NCBI GenBank assembly: GCA_028277485.1
Contig: JANQGE010000057.1
Span: 5,709 to 69,708, forward strand
DNA from: Chlorobium sp.
Lineage (GTDB): Bacteria; Bacteroidota; Chlorobiia; Chlorobiales; Chlorobiaceae
Reading direction: 5' to 3'
DNA: 64,000 nucleotides
This document shows positions 19,021-28,040 of the stretch, piece by piece (the stretch's first letter is position 1; each line of letters begins with the position of its first letter). The notes beneath the pieces were generated by a model. That model saw only the letters and a list, made by a program, of their open reading frames with translations, was not told where the DNA came from and made no database searches. A program made the translations under genes and the position numbers.

Positions 19021-19170
19021 ATAATCGGGGATCGGGTTTCGGGGTCGAAAGGGAATCCGTTGGCAATCGGCAATGTTAACAGATGTTGCCATTGTGCTAA
19101 CGAGCTATCATCATAGCCATACTATAATTCGATTCCCGATACCGATAGCGACGCCGAGCCCCGAAAGAAA
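19021..19170. repeat. Family B repeat: converging hexamer arrays (ATCGGG)n ... (CGATAC)n-CGAAAG
   Basis: ATCGGGGATCGGGTTTCGGGGTCGAAA and TTCGATTCCCGATACCGATAGCGACGCCGAGCCCCGAAAG; similar arrays at 55431-55520 and 62651-62720. Confidence 0.65.
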
Positions 19171-19321
19171 CAAATAGAAATCAAGGGTTAGGTTTCGAGG
19201 TCCATCTTTTGCCTTTTGACCTTTGACTTTCTTGACATGGATGCTGGTTCTCATGTGAAAGCTACAGTCCTGGTGTTCGGACTCTCATGAATTATTCCGG
19301 CTAAGTTGAGCGTTGTTATTA

Positions 19322-19434
19322 GGGCACCTCAATTGTCGTGAGCGACATGAGTACGAGGCGGACGGAGCACAGAAACCCTTTCCTATCCGGCCAACGAAGT
19401 AATCAGGGCGCACAACAAATTAATAGAGGTGCCC
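19322..19434 (+). mobile_element. MITE-like repeat (family A), internally deleted
   Basis: GGGCACCTCAATTGTCGTGAGCGAC...CAGAAACC...AACGAAGTAATCAGGGCGCACAACAAATTAATAGAGGTGCCC. Confidence 0.85.
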
Positions 19435-19525
19435 ATTAGTCACTGTTTAACAATCGCCCGATGCAGGCTCCGGTTTTTATGGAATTTCTTCTCCTCTTTA
19501 CAAACAGCTTAGCGAATACTGAACA

Positions 19526-20281
19526 ATGCTAAAACTTTTCGGAAAAAAATCCGGTTCCCCCGGTGACAGTACGGCCAGAAAGGGGATTGAAAAAGTTGCA
19601 CGTCCCGATGCTTTTACGATCAAGATCGACCCCGGTAAGTTCAATCTTGCAACCAAGCCTGCCGGACCCGTCCATGAGCAGCTTGAAACACTCAAGCAGA
19701 AGCTGACGAAGCTCTCGTCGAATGTCGAGAACAATCTGATGCTTGTTATACGTGCATCGACCAAGAAAAACAGCGACCTTGCGCAATCTGCTTTTGAATT
19801 TGACAAGGAATATATTCAGAAGGGCAAGTTCGAGGTCGAGTATCTCTGCCTGGCATACAGCTATTTCCAGGATCTTGATGAGGAAAACAGGAAGGTGGTT
19901 GACACGGCTCGCGAAATTATGCAAAAACTGGAGTCGATCGGTCAGTATGCACTCAACATTGCTGACAAAACAGAGTACATTCAGCTCGCCAATACAGAGG
20001 TGCTGCACAAGGATGAGTATGATCTTAAGCCCATGGGGGATATTACCGCTGAAATGATCAAAAAGGTTGTGGAAGCTTTTGTGAGCGGTAATTACAAACA
20101 TGCATCCGAGACACTCGACATGATGAAAGAGGTCGAGGAGATTTACGGAAAAGCGGTTAAAAAGCTTAAGGAAGAAGTCTCCGACCCAAACATCACCAAT
20201 TCCACAGGAATTCTGTCCGTTGTCGAGCATGTGAAAGCGTCGGCGGACATATCATGTGATATTGCCCGGATGCTGCTGTAA
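19526..20281 (+). CDS. Divergent PhoU-domain protein
   Basis: Two PhoU-like helical repeats (KLESIGQYALNIA; LKPMGDITAEMIKKVVEAFVSGN) with an N-terminal extension. Confidence 0.75.
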   Translation: MLKLFGKKSGSPGDSTARKGIEKVARPDAFTIKIDPGKFNLATKPAGPVHEQLETLKQKLTKLSSNVENNLMLVIRASTKKNSDLAQSAFEFDKEYIQKGKFEVEYLCLAYSYFQDLDEENRKVVDTAREIMQKLESIGQYALNIADKTEYIQLANTEVLHKDEYDLKPMGDITAEMIKKVVEAFVSGNYKHASETLDMMKEVEEIYGKAVKKLKEEVSDPNITNSTGILSVVEHVKASADISCDIARMLL

Positions 20282-20309
20282 CCTGGTTACAGTTTTTCCT
20301 GATGATACT

Positions 20310-20614
20310 GGGCACCTCTATAAATTGTCGTGCGCGCCTTGATTACTTCGTTAGCCGGTGCTCGAAATCCTCATGTACTCTATGTACGCTCTGGTTTCTG
20401 TGCTCCGTTCGCCTCGTACTCAAGTCGCTCACGACAATTTATAGAGGTGCCTTTTATTCCGCGGTTCAATTGCAGCGTTGACCGGATAGAGCTACATAGA
20501 GGTGCCCACATGTTGTTGAATAGGGCGGGCGGCTGTTCGCCCCGGCCCCTTTATTGGCCGGTGCCGGGAATCCTCAAGTCCCGGCTTGTCGGGACACACG
20601 ACATTTGAGGTGCC
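20310..20614 (-). mobile_element. Cluster of MITE-like repeats (family A): one complete copy (20310-20452) plus two partial copies ending at 20507 and ~20614
   Basis: GGGCACCTCTATAAATTGTCG...ACGACAATTTATAGAGGTGCC, with two further (A)GAGGTGCC ends downstream. Confidence 0.85.
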
Positions 20615-20701
20615 TCTCGGCGGCTGTTCTTCTTCCTGTTTCCCTGCCATGGTTTTTCAGTGTTTTCCTTATCTTCCTTCATCTCTTTGTTTCATGCATA
20701 G

Positions 20702-21115
20702 TTGTCGATGATGAACTGGTTTAAAAACAATTCTTCTGTACTCATCATATCGCGGGTTGTGCTTGCTTTTTCGTGGATCTATCAGGGAGCGGTTCCCAAG
20801 GTTATCTGCCGGAGCCCGGAAGAAATCGAGCTTCTGGAGCATGTTGTCGGAGCTTATGAGCTGGCTTGTGCGGCGGTTACCTGGATGGGGTATGGTGAGA
20901 TTGTGTTCGGAATTGTTCTTCTGTTCACATCCCGGGGTTGGGTCTTCCTGCTTAATGTTTTAGCTTTACTAATGCTTTTGGGTTATGTGGCGGTTTTTCA
21001 GCCGGATCTTTTGACCCTGCCGTTTAATCCGCTGATCCTCAACGTGTCCCTTATCGGCATTTCCCTGATAGCCTATGGTGAACTTAGAAAAGACAAAACC
21101 CTTGCAAGGCGCTAA
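20702..21115 (+). CDS. DoxX-like family membrane protein
   Basis: LAFSWIYQGAVPK...GYGEIVFG...PFNPLILN pattern; about 4 TM segments. Confidence 0.8.
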   Translation: MSMMNWFKNNSSVLIISRVVLAFSWIYQGAVPKVICRSPEEIELLEHVVGAYELACAAVTWMGYGEIVFGIVLLFTSRGWVFLLNVLALLMLLGYVAVFQPDLLTLPFNPLILNVSLIGISLIAYGELRKDKTLARR

Positions 21116-22388
21116 AAAAAACCGATTTGCGATCGAGCCGGGTGCAATTGCCAGGATATACCTTTCCGTATCGGTGTTTATCATAACCCTGGCAGCCTTT
21201 CTGGGGGCAGCCGGCGCATGGACCGGCAGTGTGTTTTTCAATACGGTGCATCCGTATGTTTTTTTTGTGGGATTTGGCAATCTGGCGATCCTTATCCTCA
21301 ATCGCTATCTGACTTCCGCAATCTATCCTGCGCTGGAGGTGGATCCCGGAAAGCAGATGCGTTATATTTACGGCGTTTTGCTCTCGGTGTTCTGCGTCAT
21401 TGTGGCGATTTACATGGGGTGGCCGGTTCTCAAGGCTTTTGTCGGTCTGTTCCTCACGGTCATTGTTGCGTTTGCTGCATGGGAAATTTTTTCAACGGCT
21501 TCCGTGGGAAAGATGTGGCGCGAGGTGGCCGTGCGCTACTATGTTTTTGATGTGCTTTTTTTACTCAATGCCAACCTGGGACTGTTTGCTCTGGGGCTCA
21601 AGGAGACCTTCCCCGACCTCGGCGTTATCCCTTTTTTCGTGACCCAGTCTGTATATTTTCTGGGCTCATCCTTTCCGCTGAGCATAAGCGTCATGGGGTT
21701 TCTCTATACATACGTCTGGCGCCGTTCGTCCAAAAGAGAGCTGATCAAACAGCTCTTCAGTATCTGGTTCTATGTTTTCGTGGGAGGCGTGCTGGTTTTT
21801 CTGGTTGCTATTCTGATGGGAAATTACCTCGGTATGATGCTGATAAGTCATACCCTTATGTTAGGTGTCGTGGCAATTCTTGCTGGTTTTTCCCGGTATC
21901 TGTACAGGTTTTTTTCCCGGTATTTCAAGCACCCTGCGCTTGCTTTCCTGCTTTCAGGGCTTGCCCTGCTTTTGGCTGCAAGCGCTTATGGCATCATGAA
22001 TATTTACTTTTTCGAGCAATTCGGCTCCGTGCCGCCGATACCAAAGGACAGTATGTGGATTTATCACTCTCATACTCATGCCGCGCTGCTGGGATGGATA
22101 ACGTTCTCGTTTACAGGTATGGTCTATATTGTGGTTCCGGCTATTGTCCGCACAAACTCGTTTGAGCTGCTGCGGACAGAAGACACCCTTTCGCAACTGC
22201 TTGACGAAAAAACCTTCGCCAGAGCTTTCCGGCAATTGGTCGTTGCCCTGGTTTCGGCAGCAGCGGTTCTCCTGGCTTTCTATCTTGAAAGCAATTCTCT
22301 GCTGGCCCTGTCCGGCATGGTTTTCGGAATCGTCATGTATTACTCGAAGGTTAATCTCGGCAAGGCTTTCCGCAGCTATCCCGCTTAG
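21075..22388 (+). CDS. Polytopic membrane protein, heme-copper oxidase subunit I / NnrS-like
   Basis: About 12 TM segments; His motifs TVHPYVFFVGF and YHSHTHAALLGW. Confidence 0.6.
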   Translation: MVNLEKTKPLQGAKKNRFAIEPGAIARIYLSVSVFIITLAAFLGAAGAWTGSVFFNTVHPYVFFVGFGNLAILILNRYLTSAIYPALEVDPGKQMRYIYGVLLSVFCVIVAIYMGWPVLKAFVGLFLTVIVAFAAWEIFSTASVGKMWREVAVRYYVFDVLFLLNANLGLFALGLKETFPDLGVIPFFVTQSVYFLGSSFPLSISVMGFLYTYVWRRSSKRELIKQLFSIWFYVFVGGVLVFLVAILMGNYLGMMLISHTLMLGVVAILAGFSRYLYRFFSRYFKHPALAFLLSGLALLLAASAYGIMNIYFFEQFGSVPPIPKDSMWIYHSHTHAALLGWITFSFTGMVYIVVPAIVRTNSFELLRTEDTLSQLLDEKTFARAFRQLVVALVSAAAVLLAFYLESNSLLALSGMVFGIVMYYSKVNLGKAFRSYPA

Positions 22389-22401
22389 TAAACAAATAAA
22401 G

Positions 22402-23745
22402 ATGACAATGAGACAAGTTTTGATTATATGTGCATTTTGCATCTTTGCGCTGACTTTCCGGTCAACAGGTCATTCATACGACAACGTGCACTACGGTATT
22501 ATCCAGGAAGGCGTCGAGGAGTGGAACAAGGCGAGAAAGAGTGAGCCCGAAAAGCGTTTTGATCTCAGTGGTGCCATCTTGAAAGGGAAAAATCTCAGGG
22601 GAGTCGATTTCAGCAATACCGATTTACAGGAAGCAATTTTTACGGGTTCCGATCTGAGTGACGCCGATCTTCGCGGAGCGGTTCTCGACGGTGCTGATCT
22701 GAAAAAAGCTCTTCTTTATGACGCAATCCTTCGCGAAGCTTCGTTACGCGACGCCGATCTTGAAGAAGCAAGCCTTGAAGGCGCGGATATGAGAGGTGCT
22801 GTCCTTGACGGTGCGGTCATAAAACAGGCGGATCTTGCTAACAGTGTGCTGCGAGGGGCAAGTCTTCGAGGAGTCGATCTGCGTGCTTCCAGCCTCAGGA
22901 CGGCTGACCTTGCCGGGTGCAACCTTGATGGTGCTTATTTGTGGAGGGCTGTGCTTGACGAAGCAAATCTTGAAAAAGCTCTGGTAACACCGGTGACCGT
23001 TGTTGAAACAGGCAATTATGCCGATCGGGCATGGGCGGAGAAAAAGAGGGCTGTTTTATCGGCTCCTGAAAACAACGACGTTAGCACCATTGCAGCACCG
23101 ATGAACGTGGTCGATGCCGGAGGCAGTGCCGATCGGGTATCGGCAGAAAAGACAATGGTTGCTGGGTCAAGCTCTGACACTCGGTCCATAACATCGGGGA
23201 CGGAAAGCGGGAAGCAGGAAACCGCAGCGGTAGTTCCGGAAAAGACCTGGCCCGTAAATCCCGTACAACAGAAGATCCGGTTTGGTGTGACGCGTCGGGA
23301 TGCCGGAGGCTTGTCTTATGATGTTCACCAGCGCGAGCTGCTGGTCGACAGTGTTTCGCGGTGGAACAAGACGAGAAAAATGAACCCCGAGGCTCCCGTA
23401 CATCTTGCAGGGGCGAAATTAAGCCGGAAAGTGTTGGATGGTGCGGATTTGCGAAATGCGGATCTGAGAGGTGCCCTGTTAAAACGCACTGATCTTATCG
23501 ATGCGGACATGCGGGGGGCCAACCTGACGGGCGCGAACCTTCGTGAAGCGGATCTGACAACCGCGGATCTCGGGGGGGTCGACCTTCGAGGGGCTTATCT
23601 ATGGAGGGCGAATCTCAGCTGGACCATACTTGACGGTGCGGTTGTCAATTCTCTCACTGTTTTGGAAACCGGAAAAAACGCGACTCCGGAATGGGCGGAA
23701 AAAGCAGGTGCGGTGTACCATAGCGCGTCCGACACCGGGGATTAG
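22402..23745 (+). CDS. Exported pentapeptide-repeat protein with two repeat modules
   Basis: Signal peptide from ATG 22402; A(D/N)LxxA repeats; duplicated caps W-N-K-x-R-K and YLWRA...ETG...WAEK. Confidence 0.9.
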   Translation: MTMRQVLIICAFCIFALTFRSTGHSYDNVHYGIIQEGVEEWNKARKSEPEKRFDLSGAILKGKNLRGVDFSNTDLQEAIFTGSDLSDADLRGAVLDGADLKKALLYDAILREASLRDADLEEASLEGADMRGAVLDGAVIKQADLANSVLRGASLRGVDLRASSLRTADLAGCNLDGAYLWRAVLDEANLEKALVTPVTVVETGNYADRAWAEKKRAVLSAPENNDVSTIAAPMNVVDAGGSADRVSAEKTMVAGSSSDTRSITSGTESGKQETAAVVPEKTWPVNPVQQKIRFGVTRRDAGGLSYDVHQRELLVDSVSRWNKTRKMNPEAPVHLAGAKLSRKVLDGADLRNADLRGALLKRTDLIDADMRGANLTGANLREADLTTADLGGVDLRGAYLWRANLSWTILDGAVVNSLTVLETGKNATPEWAEKAGAVYHSASDTGD

Positions 23746-23747
23746 AA

Positions 23748-23880
23748 GGCGCCTGTCTGTCGTGAGCGGCTTGAATAAGATGGGGACGGAGTCCCCCGGC
23801 GTGCCGGGATACGCAGAGTACATGAGGATTTCAAGTGCCGGCTGGCGAAGGAATCAGGACGTGCGACAAATTGAGGAGCC
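23748..23880 (+). mobile_element. Degenerate MITE-like repeat (family A)
   Basis: GGCGCCT...TGTCGTGAGCGGCTTGA...GAGTACATGAGGATTTCAAG...GTGCGACAAATTGAGGAGCC. Confidence 0.75.
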
Positions 23881-24092
23881 ATAAGGAAAATGACCTGAAT
23901 TTATTGTTGTATACTATAGCCGAAAGGGAAAACCATCGGCTGTCAGGGGAATGATACAACTCAGGATAAATAATTTTGAATCGAGCGTCTTGAATTGTCC
24001 TTTATAACAAGTAATACATGTGACGAGAGAAAAGAGAAAAGTCACGGGGTTCTCGAACGATCGCTCAATTCAGGTGAAAATTTTGGAGCACT

Positions 24093-24962
24093 ATGAAAAG
24101 AACAGGTGAACCGCTGGTAACGGTTACTATTCCGATGTATAACAATGAGAAGTTCATCAGCCAGACTATTGAATCGATTCTTTCTCAAACATACACCAAT
24201 TTCGAGCTGCTGATCTATGACGACAACTCGACTGACGCATCATACAAGATAGCAACTTCCTTCAGGGATTCCAGGTTGCGTGTTTTCAGAAACGAAAAAA
24301 ACCTGGGCCCTGAAGGGAACTGGAACAGGGCTATTAACAACGTCAGCGGCAAGTATGTCAAACTTATATGCGGTGATGACATTCTCTATCCGAAATGCCT
24401 GGAGAAGCAGGTGGCTGTGTTTGAAAAACATTCGCAGGCCGGTATAAGTCTTGTCTGCAGCCAGCGGACAATTATCAATCCGGAAGGAAAATCCCTGATA
24501 AAGAAGATCAATCTGGTAGACAAAGGAAGGCATAAGGCTGTCGATGTTATCAGAAAGATCATACGAATGGGAACAAATATTCTCGGTGAGCCGGTCTGCG
24601 GACTTTACCCGGCAGTGCTTCTCCCGTATACCCGCGGGTACAGCGCAAAGGTTCCTTACACTATCGATCTTGAATTCTGGATGCAGCTTCTCAGGCTCGG
24701 CGATCTTTATATGATCGATGAATCTCTCTGCGCATTCAGGATTTCCGATGAATCATGGTCGTCGAGGATTGGGGATATGCGCTACCATCACTTTATAGAG
24801 TTTATGGAACAGACGGCTTCGGAAAAGTCGTTCGAGGTGACCGATCTTGACATGTTCATCGGGAAAATCAATTGCGCCGTTCATTCCATGACCAGCACTG
24901 TGGGCTTTAAACTGTTTGCAGGATCTTCCCAGGGAGATGACCGGCCGGCATTCGGCGGTTAA
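24093..24962 (+). CDS. Glycosyltransferase family 2
   Basis: [21 protein letters not shown] (DxD-like) and IDLEFW motifs. Confidence 0.92.
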   Translation: MKRTGEPLVTVTIPMYNNEKFISQTIESILSQTYTNFELLIYDDNSTDASYKIATSFRDSRLRVFRNEKNLGPEGNWNRAINNVSGKYVKLICGDDILYPKCLEKQVAVFEKHSQAGISLVCSQRTIINPEGKSLIKKINLVDKGRHKAVDVIRKIIRMGTNILGEPVCGLYPAVLLPYTRGYSAKVPYTIDLEFWMQLLRLGDLYMIDESLCAFRISDESWSSRIGDMRYHHFIEFMEQTASEKSFEVTDLDMFIGKINCAVHSMTSTVGFKLFAGSSQGDDRPAFGG

Positions 24963-25117
24963 CTTCGGGTTCTTCTCAGAAGGTTTTTACCGGTTCTTTC
25001 CTGGGAAGAAAAGGATTTATTGATGATATTACACAGAGAAATGGTTTGTCTCCGGTTGAGGGCTTTAAGGGCACCTCTATGTATTGTTCATTCTAACACC
25101 ATAAACTGTCGGTAGTT

Positions 25118-25381
25118 ATGTCAGTAGCTTCAGCAAAGGAGTTTTTGGAAAAAATTACATCAGACGATGCTTTTCGCCATGCGCTCATCAGCAAGCTTGC
25201 CAGATACCGGACCGAGCTTGTCAGCCAAGCCGGTTTTGAGTTCAACGAAAAGGAGCTTGACGAGGCCAAATCCGCCTTGCCCGCAGGAAGGTTGGGACAG
25301 GTGCCGAGCTGGTTCTGCGATGTTGAAGAGAGCGGCAAGCCCTATGCGGGGCGCAGGTGCGGCGGCGGACTCTGGCATTAA
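25118..25381 (+). CDS. Nif11-like leader peptide family protein (putative RiPP precursor)
   Basis: MSVASAKEFLEKITSDDAFR...AGFEFNEKEL follows the Nif11 leader pattern; C-terminal tail has 2 Cys and 2 Trp. Confidence 0.8.
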   Translation: MSVASAKEFLEKITSDDAFRHALISKLARYRTELVSQAGFEFNEKELDEAKSALPAGRLGQVPSWFCDVEESGKPYAGRRCGGGLWH

Positions 25382-25432
25382 TACAATGCTTGTTTCTATG
25401 GCTTGCGAACTATCAACCTAACCCCCCCAGAC

Positions 25433-26713
25433 ATGAAACCGATCTGCATCAACAACTATTGCTTTGACCATGCTCACCTGTGGATTCAGTATGACAAGTC
25501 TGTTCCCCTGTTTGTCGAGGTGGCGATAGAGATTTTTTATCCCCGTGACCGCCAGGCAAACGGGCTTGTGATGTTCAACCACGGATTTCTTATCGGTGTC
25601 GACCTGTTGTTCTATCCGAAAAAAATTATCGGACCCCTGTTCAACGACAATCCTCTCTTTGGAGTTCATCCATCGTACTACTACAACTACTCCCGTGCCC
25701 TTGTCGAAAAGAACTGGGCCATGGCGTATGTGACCGCGACACACATACAGGCCCAGGGTATTCCCTGGACCGATTTTGGAGGCAATCCGAGAGTGGGACA
25801 GGAGGCTTATGCCGCCGCCTCTTATCTTATCAAGTACGGCGTGACCGACGAGTTTTACAAAGCGGAAAGACGGTATAAGAACACCTCCCTGTATAAACCC
25901 GAAGAGGTTGAAAAAGCCCGCTTCATGCGTTCTAACAACGTGATTTTTGCGGGTCATTCTGTGGGCGGCGCCCATGCCCAGGTTCCGGCAACCGGTTTCG
26001 AAACTATGCAGAAGATCGGCAACGACACCTGCCGGCCGTTTAACCCGGTTATCTATGACCGTGAAGTTTTTCCCAAATATTCAGACTGCATGTCGGATTG
26101 GGAACCGGAAGAGAGAGCGAACCCTGTCGGTCTCATACAGCTTTCTCCCGTAGATCAGAAGATACCGCTGCTTGCTCCCGGAATGGCTCCATATCGCGAG
26201 GCTTTGTCTGAAAAACCGTTGCCTATACTCATGATTGTCGGGGAATGCGACAGCGCCAGCCTGAAAGATTCACAACCGCCGGCATGGTCTGCAAAACCGG
26301 GGGAGACAACCGAATTTTCTCAGCAGGCACCCGAAGGAAGTGACTCATGGGCGGTTGTTGCAAATGTGAAGCACGGCAGCCACTGCGGCTATCTTACACA
26401 AAAAAGCGATCTATGCAGTCTTGCCGATGAAAATTCAGGTTTGTGTAAAAAAGGCACCCCGACCTGGAAAGCCGGCGGAGAGGAAGCTGCATTTACCACC
26501 GAACTGTTCAAGAAGTTTATCGGCATGTATCCCGACGGCCAAGGGTTTCCCGGTGATTTTAAACAATGGATCCACAGCGATTTCATCCAGTGGCTCAACA
26601 AGGAAAACCCGTATGGTGAGATCAAGCTGGTGCCGTTTGCCGACAAGAGGTATATCGACTATGTCTCGCGCGGCGGCTGCCCGCCGCTGGAAGAGAAAAA
26701 GGGCAAGAAGTAG
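25433..26713 (+). CDS. Alpha/beta hydrolase (chlorophyllase-like motif layout), Cys-rich, no signal peptide
   Basis: NHGF oxyanion region, AGHSVGG nucleophile elbow, LSPVD, GECD and HGSHCGY. Start ATG 25433 or TTG 25403. Confidence 0.75.
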   Translation: MKPICINNYCFDHAHLWIQYDKSVPLFVEVAIEIFYPRDRQANGLVMFNHGFLIGVDLLFYPKKIIGPLFNDNPLFGVHPSYYYNYSRALVEKNWAMAYVTATHIQAQGIPWTDFGGNPRVGQEAYAAASYLIKYGVTDEFYKAERRYKNTSLYKPEEVEKARFMRSNNVIFAGHSVGGAHAQVPATGFETMQKIGNDTCRPFNPVIYDREVFPKYSDCMSDWEPEERANPVGLIQLSPVDQKIPLLAPGMAPYREALSEKPLPILMIVGECDSASLKDSQPPAWSAKPGETTEFSQQAPEGSDSWAVVANVKHGSHCGYLTQKSDLCSLADENSGLCKKGTPTWKAGGEEAAFTTELFKKFIGMYPDGQGFPGDFKQWIHSDFIQWLNKENPYGEIKLVPFADKRYIDYVSRGGCPPLEEKKGKK

Positions 26714-26852
26714 AGCTGGGGGAAGGAGCCGGAATTTGGAAGCAAGAAACCAGTGAGACAAGTCGGCAGTTGGCAGGGAAGTGCTAAGTACTGAGTGTTG
26801 AGCAATGAGAGTTGAGTTCTGGGTTGAGGAAGCAGGAGAGCGTTTTATTGCC

Positions 26853-26929
26853 TGTCACCTTCTGGCTTGACCCGGAGAACCATCTTTTGTCGGAAATGAG
26901 TATGGATGCCGCATCAAATGTGGCATGAC
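26853..26929. repeat. Pair of inverted REP-like palindromes (CGTC/TGTC-tagged type)
   Basis: TGTCACCTTCTGGCTTGACCCGGAGAACC ... TGGATGCCGCATCAAATGTGGCATGAC. Confidence 0.55.
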
Positions 26930-27127
26930 TCTGTTAACCTTGGCGTGTAAGCCGTCAGGTCAACAGGCACCCAGGAAACGTCTTACTTGTCGGTGTTATA
27001 ACGAATGATTGACCGGTTAATGGCGTTATATTAAAAGAAGCAGCCGGAGAAAAAAGCCTGAAAGGAATATGGAAAGACAGCGGTTTTGAGAAACTGGTTG
27101 ATCTTGGCGAGGCAGAAGTATGCACAA

Positions 27128-27430
27128 TCAGTTTTCAGGATTGACATTTCGGTTTGCCGAGGCATCATAGAGGCTGCCGGAAACATACTTGTGAATAATA
27201 CTGGCAACTAATGTTTGATAGGGGATCCCCTCCTGCAATGCTTTTCTTTGAATTGCTGTCAAATCCCTTCCCGATATCTTTATGCTTATTGTTTTATTTC
27301 GCTTGAATGCCTCCCTTGCGGATTCTTCAAGGAATTTTTTCCTTTCGGGGGTAAGAGTCGAAGTGAATTCTCCCGCTTCATAAGCTTCCAGCATTTCCTG
27401 CTCTTCTTTATCGAGTTTATTGCTATTCAT
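27128..27430 (-). CDS. Antitoxin (CopG/RHH-like, BrnA-type partner)
   Basis: KTISIKISGRDLTAIQRKALQEGIPYQTLVASIIHKYV ribbon-helix-helix pattern; 4-bp overlap with the toxin. Confidence 0.8.
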   Translation of the reverse strand: MNSNKLDKEEQEMLEAYEAGEFTSTLTPERKKFLEESAREAFKRNKTISIKISGRDLTAIQRKALQEGIPYQTLVASIIHKYVSGSLYDASANRNVNPEN

Positions 27431-27705
27431 TTTTTAACTCCCAGATATCGTCGGGTTGCTTTGCGACTCGGCACTATCGTTTTCAGAAAAATTTCCTGCT
27501 CATTTTCAACATAAGGAACAAGGTAAGCGTACTCATCGATGGCAACGATAAAAACCCGCTGGTGTGCATATTGCTCTTTGCCAGGATGAGAGATGTCGTC
27601 AAGCAAACCTCCTGACTGCATCGAAAAAACAATTTCTTCAAAAGAAATTTTTCTTTCAGTGATAAGTTTGCGGTTTTTCTCCGGATTCCAGTTGATGGTT
27701 TTCAT
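27427..27705 (-). CDS. BrnT-like type II toxin
   Basis: WNPEKNRKLITERKISFEEI...YLVPYVE...FLKTIVPSRKAT pattern. Confidence 0.8.
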   Translation of the reverse strand: MKTINWNPEKNRKLITERKISFEEIVFSMQSGGLLDDISHPGKEQYAHQRVFIVAIDEYAYLVPYVENEQEIFLKTIVPSRKATRRYLGVKK

Positions 27706-28040
27706 GGAACGCGACCTTTACATAAATAATAAAAATTTTAAAATTTTTCGCTTGAAGGCATGTTTTAAGCTCCCGTTTCATGCCTTTGCTCTGTAGAGCT
27801 ATCCAAGCAACCAACCAACTCAGGTCTGACCCGATTAGCTACAGGGGGCAAGGGAGTGCCAAGTGCTGAGCAATGGACAATCAAGCTATAAGCCATCCAG
27901 CTATCCAGCCACTTGTTACTTTTGAATTTTGACTTTCCTTTCGAGAGCGAATTTTATAAGGTTTTTATCAGTTTGCTCTTGTAACTTCCGTGGAGTTTGT
28001 CGTATCGCCTTCATGGATATGAGAATTATTTTTCTGATAT

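Noticed and set aside
20330-20608. ORFs read through MITE copies (also 6576-6764, 6134-6868, 23630-23884, 1012-1527)
   Set aside because: Open frames within the repeat; no independent coding evidence.
20310-20614. CRISPR array interpretation of the clustered repeats
   Set aside because: Repeats are long, degenerate and irregularly spaced with no unique spacers or cas genes; they belong to the MITE family.
23915-23945. AAGGGAAAACC hairpin resembling a c-di-GMP-I riboswitch start
   Set aside because: The GNRA stem and downstream GCAAAG/P2 elements are absent.
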